Notes: generated by a model not told the origin, from the letters alone. Shown: positions 7,811 through 16,247, counted from the stretch's first letter. The stretch: DNA of 40,784 nucleotides from an uncultured Candidatus Saccharibacteria bacterium (GCA_964609765.1 CAZSSD010000001.1:1-40784); one strand, 5' to 3'. Numbers and translations: made by a program.

Positions 7811-8377
7811 ATGGCTAAGGTAAATAAGGTAAATCAGACAATCAGCCTAAAAGAGATTTTTCGAAAAGAAACCGTTCCTGCTTTAAAAAAGGAACTTGGT
7901 TTATTAAATGACTTAGCGGTGCCGCGCATCGATAAAGTTGTTATTAATGTCGGGGTTGGGCGCAGTACGCGTGATGAAAAGTACATTAATGCTGTTTTTG
8001 GCGATATTACCAAAATCACCGGGCAAAGGCCGGTTAAGACCGTGGCGCGTAAGGCGATTGCAGGGTTTAAGATCCGCGAAGGCAATGTGGTGGGGGTTAA
8101 GGTCACGCTCCGCGGAAATCGCATGTATGATTTTTTAAACAAATTGATTTATGTAGCGCTGCCCCGCGTTAGAGATTTTCGAGGCATTTCCGGCACCGGT
8201 TTCGATCGGGAAGGTAACTATAGTTTGGGTTTGCGCGAGCACATTGTTTTTCCGGAAGTTTCGCCAGATGCGGTTGAATATACTTTCCCCCTGGAAATTA
8301 CGGTTAGGACCACGGCTAAAAACCGCGAGGATAGCTACAAATTATTAAAGTCAATGCATTTCCCCTTTAAGGATTAA
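7811..8377 (+). CDS. rplE: 50S ribosomal protein L5
   Basis: [13 protein letters not shown]...[25 protein letters not shown] motif. Confidence 0.97.
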   Translation: MAKVNKVNQTISLKEIFRKETVPALKKELGLLNDLAVPRIDKVVINVGVGRSTRDEKYINAVFGDITKITGQRPVKTVARKAIAGFKIREGNVVGVKVTLRGNRMYDFLNKLIYVALPRVRDFRGISGTGFDREGNYSLGLREHIVFPEVSPDAVEYTFPLEITVRTTAKNREDSYKLLKSMHFPFKD

Positions 8378-8385
8378 TAGAATTT

Positions 8386-8571
8386 ATGGCTACTAAAGCA
8401 CAGGTTGCAAAATCGAAGAGAACTCCTAAATACAGCACGCGTCTGGTACGGCGCTGTTGGCGGTGCGGACGTAAGCGCAGCTACATAAGGGATTTCGGTA
8501 TTTGCCGTATTTGTTTTAGAGAATTAGCAAGCCGCGGAGAAATCCCCGGCATTAAAAAGGCGAGCTGGTAA
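8386..8571 (+). CDS. rpsN: 30S ribosomal protein S14, short zinc-binding (type Z) form
   Basis: The product is 61 aa with CWRCGR...CRIC (two CxxC pairs). The position between rplE and rpsH fits. Confidence 0.95.
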   Translation: MATKAQVAKSKRTPKYSTRLVRRCWRCGRKRSYIRDFGICRICFRELASRGEIPGIKKASW

Positions 8572-8605
8572 TTTTGCATTTTGATTTTTGAATTTTGATT
8601 TTACT

Positions 8606-8998
8606 ATGACGGATCCAATTTCAGACATGTTAACCAGAATCAGGAACTCTGTTTCCGTAGCGAAGACTACGGTGGTTATGCCTTACAGTAAATTTAAGCA
8701 TAACCTCGCACGGCTTTTGGTTACCGAGGGCTGGCTGACGGAGGTTTTTGTACGCGAGCAGGCTGGTAAGAAAATGTTGGGTATGGGTATTAAGTACGGT
8801 CCCAATCGCCGCGCCGTTATTTCTGGCTTAAAGAGGGTGAGTAAGCCGGGGCAAAGAATTTATGCCAATCATAAGGAAATTCCGCGCGCCCGAAGCGGTG
8901 TTGGTGTTACGATTGTTTCAACTTCAAAAGGTCTGATGACGGATAGGCAAGCGTATCGTGAAAAATTAGGCGGCGAAGTAATCGCGCAAATTTGGTAA
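8606..8998 (+). CDS. rpsH: 30S ribosomal protein S8
   Basis: MTDPISDMLTRIRN starts at the ATG at 8606. The ORF-track start at 8588 is a TTG in the spacer. Confidence 0.95.
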   Translation: MTDPISDMLTRIRNSVSVAKTTVVMPYSKFKHNLARLLVTEGWLTEVFVREQAGKKMLGMGIKYGPNRRAVISGLKRVSKPGQRIYANHKEIPRARSGVGVTIVSTSKGLMTDRQAYREKLGGEVIAQIW

Positions 8999-9002
8999 AC
9001 AT

Positions 9003-9551
9003 ATGTCACGTATAGGTAAAAAAGTTATAGCCATACCAGCCGGGGTGGAAGTTAAAACCGGAGTTTCTGAAATATCCGTAAAAGGCCCCAAGGGCAGCTT
9101 AACCATACCTTTGCATCCTAATGTGCGGGTCAAGACGGCGGACAATGAGCTTGTGGTTTCCGTAGAAAATGCCGATCAAAAAGCCGACAGGGCTTTATGG
9201 GGTTTGAGCCGGGCTTTGCTCGCGAATATGGTAAAGGGTGTCACGGAAGGCTTTGAGAAAAAGCTGGAGATTAACGGCGTTGGTTACCGGGCGGCTGTTT
9301 CCGGGAATAAGTTGGCTCTTAATATTGGTTTTTCCCATCCGGTAGAATTGGATATTCCCCAAGGCCTAGCTGTGACCATAGAGAAGAACGTGATGACCAT
9401 TGCCGGTATTGATAAAAGACTGGTGGGCGAGTTTGCCGCCAATGTGCGCGCGCAAAAACCGCCGGAGCCGTATAAAGGCAAAGGCATCCGTTACATCGAT
9501 GAGGTCGTCAGACGTAAGGCAGGTAAAGCCGCTAAAGCGGTGGGTGCCTAA
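9003..9551 (+). CDS. rplF: 50S ribosomal protein L6
   Basis: [17 protein letters not shown]...[10 protein letters not shown]...[11 protein letters not shown] motif. Confidence 0.97.
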   Translation: MSRIGKKVIAIPAGVEVKTGVSEISVKGPKGSLTIPLHPNVRVKTADNELVVSVENADQKADRALWGLSRALLANMVKGVTEGFEKKLEINGVGYRAAVSGNKLALNIGFSHPVELDIPQGLAVTIEKNVMTIAGIDKRLVGEFAANVRAQKPPEPYKGKGIRYIDEVVRRKAGKAAKAVGA

Positions 9552-9562
9552 AGGAATATTTT

Positions 9563-9913
9563 ATGAACCGATTTAAGCAAAAAAGATTTAAAAAAGAGAT
9601 CAGGCATAAACGTGTGCGGGCCAAGGTTTCCGGCCGCTCGCATCGTCCGAGATTGGCGGTATTTAGATCCGACAAACATATTTATGCTCAAATCATAGAC
9701 GATGCCACGGGCAAGACTTTGGCCGCTGCTTCTGATTTAGATATTAAGTCAGGTCAAAAGGCGGAAAAGGCCGGCGAAGTCGGTAAACGCTTGGCTAAGA
9801 TCGCTAAGGCCGCAGGCATTAGCGCGGTTGTTTTTGATCGGGGTGGTTTTAAATACCATGGCCGCGTTAAGAGTTTGGCTGAAGGCGCGCGCGAGGGGGG
9901 ACTAAAGTTTTAA
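9563..9913 (+). CDS. rplR: 50S ribosomal protein L18
   Basis: [20 protein letters not shown]...[28 protein letters not shown] motif. Confidence 0.97.
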   Translation: MNRFKQKRFKKEIRHKRVRAKVSGRSHRPRLAVFRSDKHIYAQIIDDATGKTLAAASDLDIKSGQKAEKAGEVGKRLAKIAKAAGISAVVFDRGGFKYHGRVKSLAEGAREGGLKF

Positions 9914-9929
9914 TTTCTAATTTTCAATT

Positions 9930-10526
9930 ATGACTAATCAAGCACAACAACCAGAGCAGACCCAAGTCAAACAAGATATGCCAGCTAGGCAAGCAGGCTT
10001 TGGTCGCGGCGGCCGTGGTGGCCCGCGGCGCGGCGGTCCGCGCCGGCGCGAGGGAGGGCCTCGCGAGGAGAGAGAATTTGATCAGAAAGTGATCGAAGTA
10101 AGCCGCGTCACCCGCGTGGTTAAGGGCGGCAAACGCATGCGTTTTAGATCTTTGGTTGTGATCGGCGATCACAAGGGCCGGGTTGGCGTAGGTTTGCGTA
10201 AGGGTTTGGACGTACCCGAATCGGTGTCAAAGGCAGTAGCGGCGGCCAAAAAAAATATGATCGAAGTGAAGCTAAACGAGGGCACCATTCCTCACGAAGT
10301 AAAAGAGAAGTACAAGGCTTCGATTGTTTTTCTGAAGCCGGCATCGGCCGGTACTGGTGTAATTGCCGGCGGCGCGGTCAGGCAGCTCTTGGATTTAGCC
10401 GGCGTAAAGAACGTGTTATCAAAGATGTATGGTTCTCGCAACAAGGTCAACACTTTAATGGCCACTTACAATGCTTTAAAGACGATGGATACGCGGGAGA
10501 GTCAAAGGGAATTAAGAAAAGGTTAA
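9930..10526 (+). CDS. rpsE: 30S ribosomal protein S5 with RG-rich N-terminal extension
   Basis: VSRVTRVVKGGKRMRFRSLVVIGD...GTGVIAGGAVR motifs. The N-terminus carries GRGGRGGPRRGGPRRREGGPR. Confidence 0.96.
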   Translation: MTNQAQQPEQTQVKQDMPARQAGFGRGGRGGPRRGGPRRREGGPREEREFDQKVIEVSRVTRVVKGGKRMRFRSLVVIGDHKGRVGVGLRKGLDVPESVSKAVAAAKKNMIEVKLNEGTIPHEVKEKYKASIVFLKPASAGTGVIAGGAVRQLLDLAGVKNVLSKMYGSRNKVNTLMATYNALKTMDTRESQRELRKG

Positions 10527-10529
10527 ACC

Positions 10530-10988
10530 ATGATCAACTTAAGCAATTTAAAGCGACATCCCAAATCGCGAAAGCGCAGGAAAATAGTTGGCCGCGGACT
10601 GGGCTCCGGCCACGGTACATATTCTGGCCGCGGCGCGAAGGGTCAAAAAGCGCGCACCGGCGGCAAGATTCGCGCCGGCTTTGAAGGTGGACGCATGCCC
10701 CTTATCCGCCAGGTTCCTAAAATGCGCGGCAAAGGCTTTAAGGGCAATCCCATTCCGGTTGCGGAGGTAATGCTGACTGATTTGGCCACGCATTTTGGCG
10801 ATAACGAGAAAGTTACGCCTCAAGCCCTTTTGGAGCGCGGTTTGGTAAAAGACGTGAGAAGAATTAAAATATTAAGGACCGGCGATTTGGCTGGCCGGAA
10901 GTTAATTATTGGGGAAGGCGTAACGGTGAGCAGGGGCGCCAAACAACAGATCGAGAAAGCGGGCGGCAAGATGGAAACACCCTCTTAG
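10530..10988 (+). CDS. rplO: 50S ribosomal protein L15
   Basis: GRGLGSGHGTYSGRGAKGQKARTGG motif. It follows rpsE after 3 nt, which leaves no room for rpmD. Confidence 0.96.
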   Translation: MINLSNLKRHPKSRKRRKIVGRGLGSGHGTYSGRGAKGQKARTGGKIRAGFEGGRMPLIRQVPKMRGKGFKGNPIPVAEVMLTDLATHFGDNEKVTPQALLERGLVKDVRRIKILRTGDLAGRKLIIGEGVTVSRGAKQQIEKAGGKMETPS

Positions 10989-10997
10989 ATTTAAAAT

Positions 10998-12272
10998 ATG
11001 AATCTAGGTAAAATCTGGAAACTTAAGGATCTGCGCAATAAGGTACTAATTATTATTGGTATTCTTGCGCTTAGCCGTGTTTTGGCGCATGTGCCAATTC
11101 CGGCCTTGAATCCGGCCGATATACGCGAGTTCTTTTCCGGCAACCAGATTTTTGGCCTGTTAAACATTTTTTCCGGCGGCGGTTTAAGCAACTTGAGTAT
11201 CGCCATGCTTGGTGTCGGCCCATACATCACTGCCAGTATTATTATTCAGCTTTTAACCGTGATTGTGCCGAGTCTTCAAGAATTGGCGCGTGAGGGCGGG
11301 GAAGCGGGCCGCGCCAAAATCAACCGTTACACCATGTTTTTAACGGTACCTTTGACGATTGTTCAATCTTATGCCACCATCACTCTTCTTTCGCGCAGCG
11401 GCGGCATCGCCAATTTTCCGGTTTTGTCGCCGTACCAGTGGGTGGTCAGTATCGCTGCCATTACCGCAGCCACTTTGCTTTTGGTGTGGCTGGGAGAACT
11501 AATTACCAATCACGGCATTGGTAATGGCGTTTCACTCATCATTTTTGCCGGTATCGTGTCCGCCTTGCCGCAATTTGTGCAGCAATTTATTTCCACTTAT
11601 GACCCTACGCAATTAACCAAGGCCGTGGCTTTCGTGGTCATAGCGTTGGTGGTTGTTTCTGGTATTGTCTTTACTAATGAAGCTCAAAGAAATATCCCGG
11701 TTTCTTACGCGAAAAGAGTAAGGGGCAATAAACTCTACGGCGGTGTTTCCACGCATTTGCCGCTGCGTCTTTTGCAGGCGGGCGTGATTCCAATCATCTT
11801 TGCCATTTCCATTTTGCTTTTCCCGCCCCTGGTTGCCAATTTCTTTACGAATGCCCGAACCGAATGGGTCGCTGATTTTGCCCAGAGCATTAATCGAATT
11901 TTTCAGGACCAGACTTTTTACGCCGCCTTGTATTTTATCCTGGTGGTTATCTTTACTTATTTTTACACAGCCGTTGTTTTCAATCCGGACGAGATTGCCG
12001 AGAATGTGCAAAAGGCCGGCGGCTTTGTGCCGGGCTTGCGTCCGGGCCGGCAGACTGCCGATTATTTGTATAAAATTTTGAACCGCATCACCACCGCCGG
12101 CGCGGTGATCTTGGGCGTAATTGCCATACTGCCATTTTTGATGCAGGGCGCTTTTGACACGCAAGTACTTACGATCGGCGGCACCAGTTTGTTAATCGTG
12201 GTGGCCGTCGCCGTGGAGACCATGAAGCAAATAGAGGCGCAGTTGGTGATGAGGGAATATGAGGGACTGTAA
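10998..12272 (+). CDS. secY: Preprotein translocase subunit SecY
   Basis: The product is 424 aa and polytopic. Motifs: GVGPYITASIIIQLL, WLGELITNHGIGNGVSLIIFAGI, GGTSLLIVV. Confidence 0.97.
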   Translation: MNLGKIWKLKDLRNKVLIIIGILALSRVLAHVPIPALNPADIREFFSGNQIFGLLNIFSGGGLSNLSIAMLGVGPYITASIIIQLLTVIVPSLQELAREGGEAGRAKINRYTMFLTVPLTIVQSYATITLLSRSGGIANFPVLSPYQWVVSIAAITAATLLLVWLGELITNHGIGNGVSLIIFAGIVSALPQFVQQFISTYDPTQLTKAVAFVVIALVVVSGIVFTNEAQRNIPVSYAKRVRGNKLYGGVSTHLPLRLLQAGVIPIIFAISILLFPPLVANFFTNARTEWVADFAQSINRIFQDQTFYAALYFILVVIFTYFYTAVVFNPDEIAENVQKAGGFVPGLRPGRQTADYLYKILNRITTAGAVILGVIAILPFLMQGAFDTQVLTIGGTSLLIVVAVAVETMKQIEAQLVMREYEGL

Positions 12273-12445
12273 CTTGTGAGGGGGACACTACGCTAACGCT
12301 TCGTTCCCCCTTCCCAACTCGCTTCGCTCGTTCCCTCCCCCTATATAAGGATTGCTCGGCCGGGCATAGCCCGAGCCTCGCAAGCGGGCACTTTTGTTTA
12401 GAGTGGCAAAGCTAGATCAAGCCTTATTCTTAGCCTTTTTTTAAT

Positions 12446-12476
12446 ACCGCCTTGCTTACGCTTAGGCGGTTTTTGT
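12446..12476 (+). terminator. Intrinsic terminator downstream of secY
   Basis: The 7-bp stem accgcct/aggcggt (12446-12452/12464-12470) has an 11-nt loop and is followed by ttttgtt. Confidence 0.6.
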
Positions 12477-12575
12477 TGGTATGTGCCATATTTTTTAGCG
12501 AATAGACCTCGGTGCACCGCATGCCCAACTGCCAGAGAGACGAAATAAACAGCCGAAAGGATGGTTTTTGTTAAT

Positions 12576-12604
12576 TTGACATGAGACCAATGTAAGAATA
12601 ATAT
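12576..12604 (+). promoter_or_regulatory. Near-consensus sigma70 promoter of the island ORF
   Basis: TTGACA (12576-12581), a 17-nt spacer, then TAATAT (12599-12604). It lies 76 nt upstream of the ATG at 12681. Confidence 0.55.
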
Positions 12605-12620
12605 TTATTGTTGATAACAA

Positions 12621-12665
12621 AGGCACCTGAACTTCGCTTAAAGGAGCGAATTCAGGCCTTTTCTT
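12621..12665 (+). promoter_or_regulatory. Terminator-like hairpin inside the 5' leader of the island ORF
   Basis: The arms aggcacctgaacttcgct (12621-12638) and agcgaattcaggcct (12645-12659) form 16 bp with two 1-nt bulges and a 6-nt loop. A ttttctt run follows, then the SD GAGGAGG (12666-12672) 8 nt before the ATG. Confidence 0.55.
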
Positions 12666-12680
12666 GAGGAGGACAATTCC

Positions 12681-12968
12681 ATGCATGATTCGACGACCAT
12701 CGCGGACACGGAACTGACCCATGTGGTGATCACCGGCCACGTACCGAATCGCGGCCATTCAAGACGCATCCTGGTCGAGTTCCGAGATGTGCCGACGGAG
12801 TGGCTGCGACCTCACAGTCCTGGCGCCAAAGTTCCAGCCGATGTCACGACACAGGAGATTCGGAAGCTGCTCGATGCGTTCACAGGCGCAGGCATGTCCG
12901 TGGCGTCTCTGGTGGCGTTAGCCCGAGCCCTGCCCGAACCGGTGCTCAGAGCGGCGCAAGGGTCGTGA
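12681..12968 (+). CDS. Hypothetical 95-aa protein of foreign (high-GC) composition
   Basis: An ATG with a strong SD, and its own promoter. By hand count the ORF has 179/288 G+C and 65/96 G/C-ending codons, against visibly AT-richer neighbours. I recognise no motif. The C-terminal half is Ala/Leu-rich and looks helical. Confidence 0.5.
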   Translation: MHDSTTIADTELTHVVITGHVPNRGHSRRILVEFRDVPTEWLRPHSPGAKVPADVTTQEIRKLLDAFTGAGMSVASLVALARALPEPVLRAAQGS

Positions 12969-12995
12969 CATCGCTGTTCGCCCGGACGGGCGCCT

Positions 12996-13026
12996 GGTGG
13001 TACGGCGAAGCAGTACGCCGGCCACC
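12996..13026 (+). terminator. GC-rich hairpin downstream of the island ORF
   Basis: ggtgg-ta-cggcg / cgccg-g-ccacc (12996-13007 / 13016-13026) with an 8-nt loop. No T-run follows, so its function as a terminator is uncertain. Confidence 0.3.
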
Positions 13027-13095
13027 GCCCTCCTAAGTTTGTTACGTGCTACGTGTTACGCGTAATGTGGCTGTAGTAGATTTAGGAGGGTTTTG

Positions 13096-13104
13096 TGTTA
13101 TAAT
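13096..13104 (+). promoter_or_regulatory. Extended -10 element upstream of adk
   Basis: TGtTATAAT at 13096-13104, 9 nt before the ATG at 13114. There is no convincing -35. Confidence 0.35.
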
Positions 13105-13113
13105 ACGGTTACT

Positions 13114-13725
13114 ATGCGAAAGGATATCAAGAATAATAAAAAGCCAAATAATGACTTGCCGGTCGTTATTTTTATGGGCATTCAAGGCTCTGGCAAAGGC
13201 ACCCAAGCTAAATTGTTGGCCGAAAAATATGGTTTTGCCCATGTCGAAACCGGCCAACTCTGGCGCAATGCCGCTAAGCGTAAAGATAATATGGGTAAAA
13301 TAGCCAGACGTATTTTATCTGCGGGTAAGCTTGCACCGAGCTGGGAAACTCAAAATTTAGTTAACCAAGCTTTAGTGGCCGCCAAAAAACAACCCATCGT
13401 TATCGATGGTTCGCCTCGCCAAGTTGTCGAGGCTAAAGTTTTAGAAAAAAATCTTGCTAAAATAAGCAGGGATATTTCTGTAATCATGCTCATCGGCATA
13501 ACCGACAAAGAAGGTCTTAAGCGGCTTCTTTTGCGCGGCCGAGACGATGATACGCCCGAGTTGATTCGCCGAAGGTTTGCCTGGTCCAAAGATAAGATTG
13601 CCCGCGTGCTTAAGTATTTGTCCAAGCGGCACCTCACCATAAAAATCAATGGCGAGCAGTCGGTTGCTAAAGTTCATAAAGATATCCTAAAAGAATTGCA
13701 AAAGCGCGGAATTATTAAACGGTAG
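13114..13725 (+). CDS. adk: Adenylate kinase
   Basis: P-loop FMGIQGSGKGTQAKLLAEKYGF and the LID region RGRDDDTPELIRRR. The start is either the ATG at 13114 or the in-frame TTG at 13093. Confidence 0.93.
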   Translation: MRKDIKNNKKPNNDLPVVIFMGIQGSGKGTQAKLLAEKYGFAHVETGQLWRNAAKRKDNMGKIARRILSAGKLAPSWETQNLVNQALVAAKKQPIVIDGSPRQVVEAKVLEKNLAKISRDISVIMLIGITDKEGLKRLLLRGRDDDTPELIRRRFAWSKDKIARVLKYLSKRHLTIKINGEQSVAKVHKDILKELQKRGIIKR

Positions 13726-13727
13726 TT

Positions 13728-14504
13728 ATGGTTCATCTCAAAACCCCGGAAGAAATAGCAATAATGCGCGAAGGCGGCCGGCGGCTGTCGGAGATTCTGA
13801 AGCATTTGGTAACATTAGTGAAACCGGGGGCGACTACGGCCGAAATAGATGAGCAGGCTGAAAAAATGATCCGGGCGGCCGGCGGCACGCCTGCTTTTAA
13901 GGGTTACCGCGCTTTTGGCATCCCGACGCCCTTTCCGGGTTCAATTTGTACTTCTATCAATCAAGAAATCGTACACGGCTTGCCTTATCCGGAGAGGGTT
14001 TTTCATGAGGGCGATGTGGTCAGCATCGATATCGGCCTGCAGTATAAAGGATATTATGCCGATGCGGCCCATACCGTCGGCATAGAAAAGTTGAGCGATC
14101 GCAAGAAAAAATTAATTGCCGCCGCCGGCAATTGCCTTGATTTGGTTATTGATTATCTCAAAGATAATATTCGCGAAGTAGACATTACCACGGCCGATAT
14201 CGGCGCTTTTATTCAAACATATGTGGAGGGCTTGGGGTTTCAGGTGGTTAAGGAATTGGTCGGCCATGGTATCGGGAAGAATCTGCATGAGGACCCCTCG
14301 GTGCCAAATTACCGGGCTCACATGAGTGGTGAAAATTTGAGGCCGGGCTTGGTGATTGCGATCGAGCCTATGATTTATGACGGCCAGCCCGGCGTTAGTT
14401 TTGAGCGGGACGGCTGGTCAGTGTTTACAAGCCATGGCGGACCGGCCGCGCACTTTGAACATACTGTGGCTATAACCAAAGAAGGTATTGAGGTGTTAAC
14501 ATAA
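13728..14504 (+). CDS. map: Methionine aminopeptidase, type I
   Basis: KTPEEIAIMREGG..., VHGLP, DVVSIDIG, HFEHTVAITKEG metal-site motifs. It follows adk as in the spc operon. Confidence 0.96.
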   Translation: MVHLKTPEEIAIMREGGRRLSEILKHLVTLVKPGATTAEIDEQAEKMIRAAGGTPAFKGYRAFGIPTPFPGSICTSINQEIVHGLPYPERVFHEGDVVSIDIGLQYKGYYADAAHTVGIEKLSDRKKKLIAAAGNCLDLVIDYLKDNIREVDITTADIGAFIQTYVEGLGFQVVKELVGHGIGKNLHEDPSVPNYRAHMSGENLRPGLVIAIEPMIYDGQPGVSFERDGWSVFTSHGGPAAHFEHTVAITKEGIEVLT

Positions 14505-14543
14505 AATTTGAATTTACCGGCAAGTTTATGGCATAATTAGGTT

Positions 14544-15806
14544 ATGCAAGATGATCCACTTGAGGAACAAAATCTAGATACACATACTGAATCAATAAAT
14601 CCAATTCAAGACCCTGGCCACGACCACCCGCATAATCGCATTACGCTGGATGATCGTAAATTGCGCTCCATTATTATTGGCAGTCTTTTGGCGGGGGCCA
14701 TTGGCGGTGTCTTAGGCGTTTATCTTTTTACGGGTTTTATGACTGGTCAGCCCGGTGACGTGCTTACCCGGGATCGCGTCGTTGTTAATGAAGAATCAGC
14801 CGTGATAGACGTAGTCGGAAAGACTAAACCGGCCATTGTTTCCATTGTGGGTACAAAAAAGGCAGTCAGCCGCACTAATTCCAATGACTTTTTCTTTTTC
14901 TTCCCGGTTACGCCGGCGGTTCCAGAGGAAACTGAAGAGCGTCAGGTTAGCGCCGGAACCGGTTTTTTTGTGAGAGGTGACGGTCTGGTTGCCACCAATA
15001 AGCATGTGGTTTCCGATGAAGCCGCAAGCTATAAAGTTTTAACCAATGACGGCAAGACTTTTAACGCACAGGTGGTTGGCCGCGATCCCGTGAATGACAT
15101 CGCTCTTTTGAAAATCGAAGGCAACGGTTTTCCGATCTTAAACTTGGGGGATTCAGACAACATCAAGGTTGGCCAGCGCGTGATCGCCATTGGCAATGCT
15201 TTGGGGCAATTTACAAATACGGTTACCACAGGCGTGGTTTCCGGTATTAATAGAAATATCGTAGCCACTGGCCAGTCTGCGGAAGTTTCGCAGATCGAAG
15301 GCGCCATTCAGACCGATGCCGCCATTAATCCGGGCAATTCTGGGGGGCCGCTTTTAGATCTGTCGGGGGAAGTGATTGGTATTAATACCGCGATTTCTTC
15401 GCAAGGACAGCTGCTTGGCTTTGCCATCCCCGTTAGCGATTTAAAGAAAGATATTCAGGTTTATGGGTCGCGCAAAGCCATTGTTAAGCCTTTTATCGGC
15501 GTCCGTTATATTATGATTACCGAAACTTTGCAAAAGGAAAGGAGTTTGGGTGTTGATCGAGGCGCTTTTATTACCTCCGGCAATTCCAGGGAACCGGCCG
15601 TGGTGCCGAATGGGCCTGCGGATAAGGCTGGCCTTAAGGATGGCGATATTATTTTGAAAGTGGCGGGCCGAGAAATCAACCTGGAACATAGCTTGGCCGC
15701 GGCCATCAGAAATTTAGATCCGGGGCAGACCGTAGAGCTAGCGGTTTTCCATGACGGCCGCGAAATGAAAATGAACATTACCCTAGGCGAAAGAAGAGAT
15801 GAGTAG
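14544..15806 (+). CDS. HtrA/DegP-family serine protease with N-terminal membrane anchor and C-terminal PDZ domain
   Basis: The catalytic triad context is present (TNKHVV, NDIALLKI, GNSGGPLLD). A PDZ-like segment GLKDGDIILKVAGREI is also present. Confidence 0.9.
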   Translation: MQDDPLEEQNLDTHTESINPIQDPGHDHPHNRITLDDRKLRSIIIGSLLAGAIGGVLGVYLFTGFMTGQPGDVLTRDRVVVNEESAVIDVVGKTKPAIVSIVGTKKAVSRTNSNDFFFFFPVTPAVPEETEERQVSAGTGFFVRGDGLVATNKHVVSDEAASYKVLTNDGKTFNAQVVGRDPVNDIALLKIEGNGFPILNLGDSDNIKVGQRVIAIGNALGQFTNTVTTGVVSGINRNIVATGQSAEVSQIEGAIQTDAAINPGNSGGPLLDLSGEVIGINTAISSQGQLLGFAIPVSDLKKDIQVYGSRKAIVKPFIGVRYIMITETLQKERSLGVDRGAFITSGNSREPAVVPNGPADKAGLKDGDIILKVAGREINLEHSLAAAIRNLDPGQTVELAVFHDGREMKMNITLGERRDE

Positions 15807-16191
15807 AATTTTAGCTCTCGATATTGGCGAACAAAGAACAGGCTTTGCCATCACTGATGAGGGGCAAATTATCGCTCAAGCCTTACCGTTTACGGCGCCC
15901 CTTGCTAATTTGAATAAGGGAATAGCTGAAATACAAAAGGATTATGGATTTAATAAAATAGTAATAGGCCTGCCCAAGACCATGTCTGGTTTAGAGGGGC
16001 CGCAGGCAAGCAAAGTGCGAGAGGTCGGCCAATCCTTAGCCAAAGAATTTAATTGCCCGATAGAATATTTTGACGAAAGATTAACAACAAAACAAGCGAG
16101 TAATTTGATGGCCAAAAGTGGTAATATCCCGTTAGATTCTTTGGCCGCGCAACAAATATTGGAACAATACCTTCAGTCGCGTAACACATAA
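15799..16191 (+). CDS. ruvX: YqgF/RuvX-type putative pre-16S rRNA nuclease / Holliday junction resolvase-like protein
   Basis: ILALDIGEQRTGFAITD...IVIGLPKTMSG...DERLTT motifs. The start overlaps the stop of the upstream gene by 8 nt. Confidence 0.9.
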   Translation: MSRILALDIGEQRTGFAITDEGQIIAQALPFTAPLANLNKGIAEIQKDYGFNKIVIGLPKTMSGLEGPQASKVREVGQSLAKEFNCPIEYFDERLTTKQASNLMAKSGNIPLDSLAAQQILEQYLQSRNT

Positions 16192-16247
16192 CACGTAACA
16201 TGAAACAGAAAGGAAAATAAAAAAAACACGTTTGCGCATCACGTTTT

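Noticed and set aside
11613-12164. 183-aa minus-strand ORF opposite secY.
   Set aside because: It lies entirely antisense to a confidently identified secY. Its composition is typical of a shadow frame.
12495-12758. 87-aa minus-strand ORF spanning the island promoter, leader and ORF start.
   Set aside because: It runs antisense through a consensus promoter, hairpin and SD. It has no RBS, and its sequence changes character at the composition boundary. It is probably spurious, although antisense transcription cannot be excluded without RNA data.
12800-13036. 78-aa overlapping + strand ORF in a second frame of the GC-rich island.
   Set aside because: Long alternative open frames are expected in about 62-72% GC DNA. 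It has no SD and an Arg/Ser/Gly-rich product. It is kept only as a hint that the island might be a frameshifted fragment of a longer gene.
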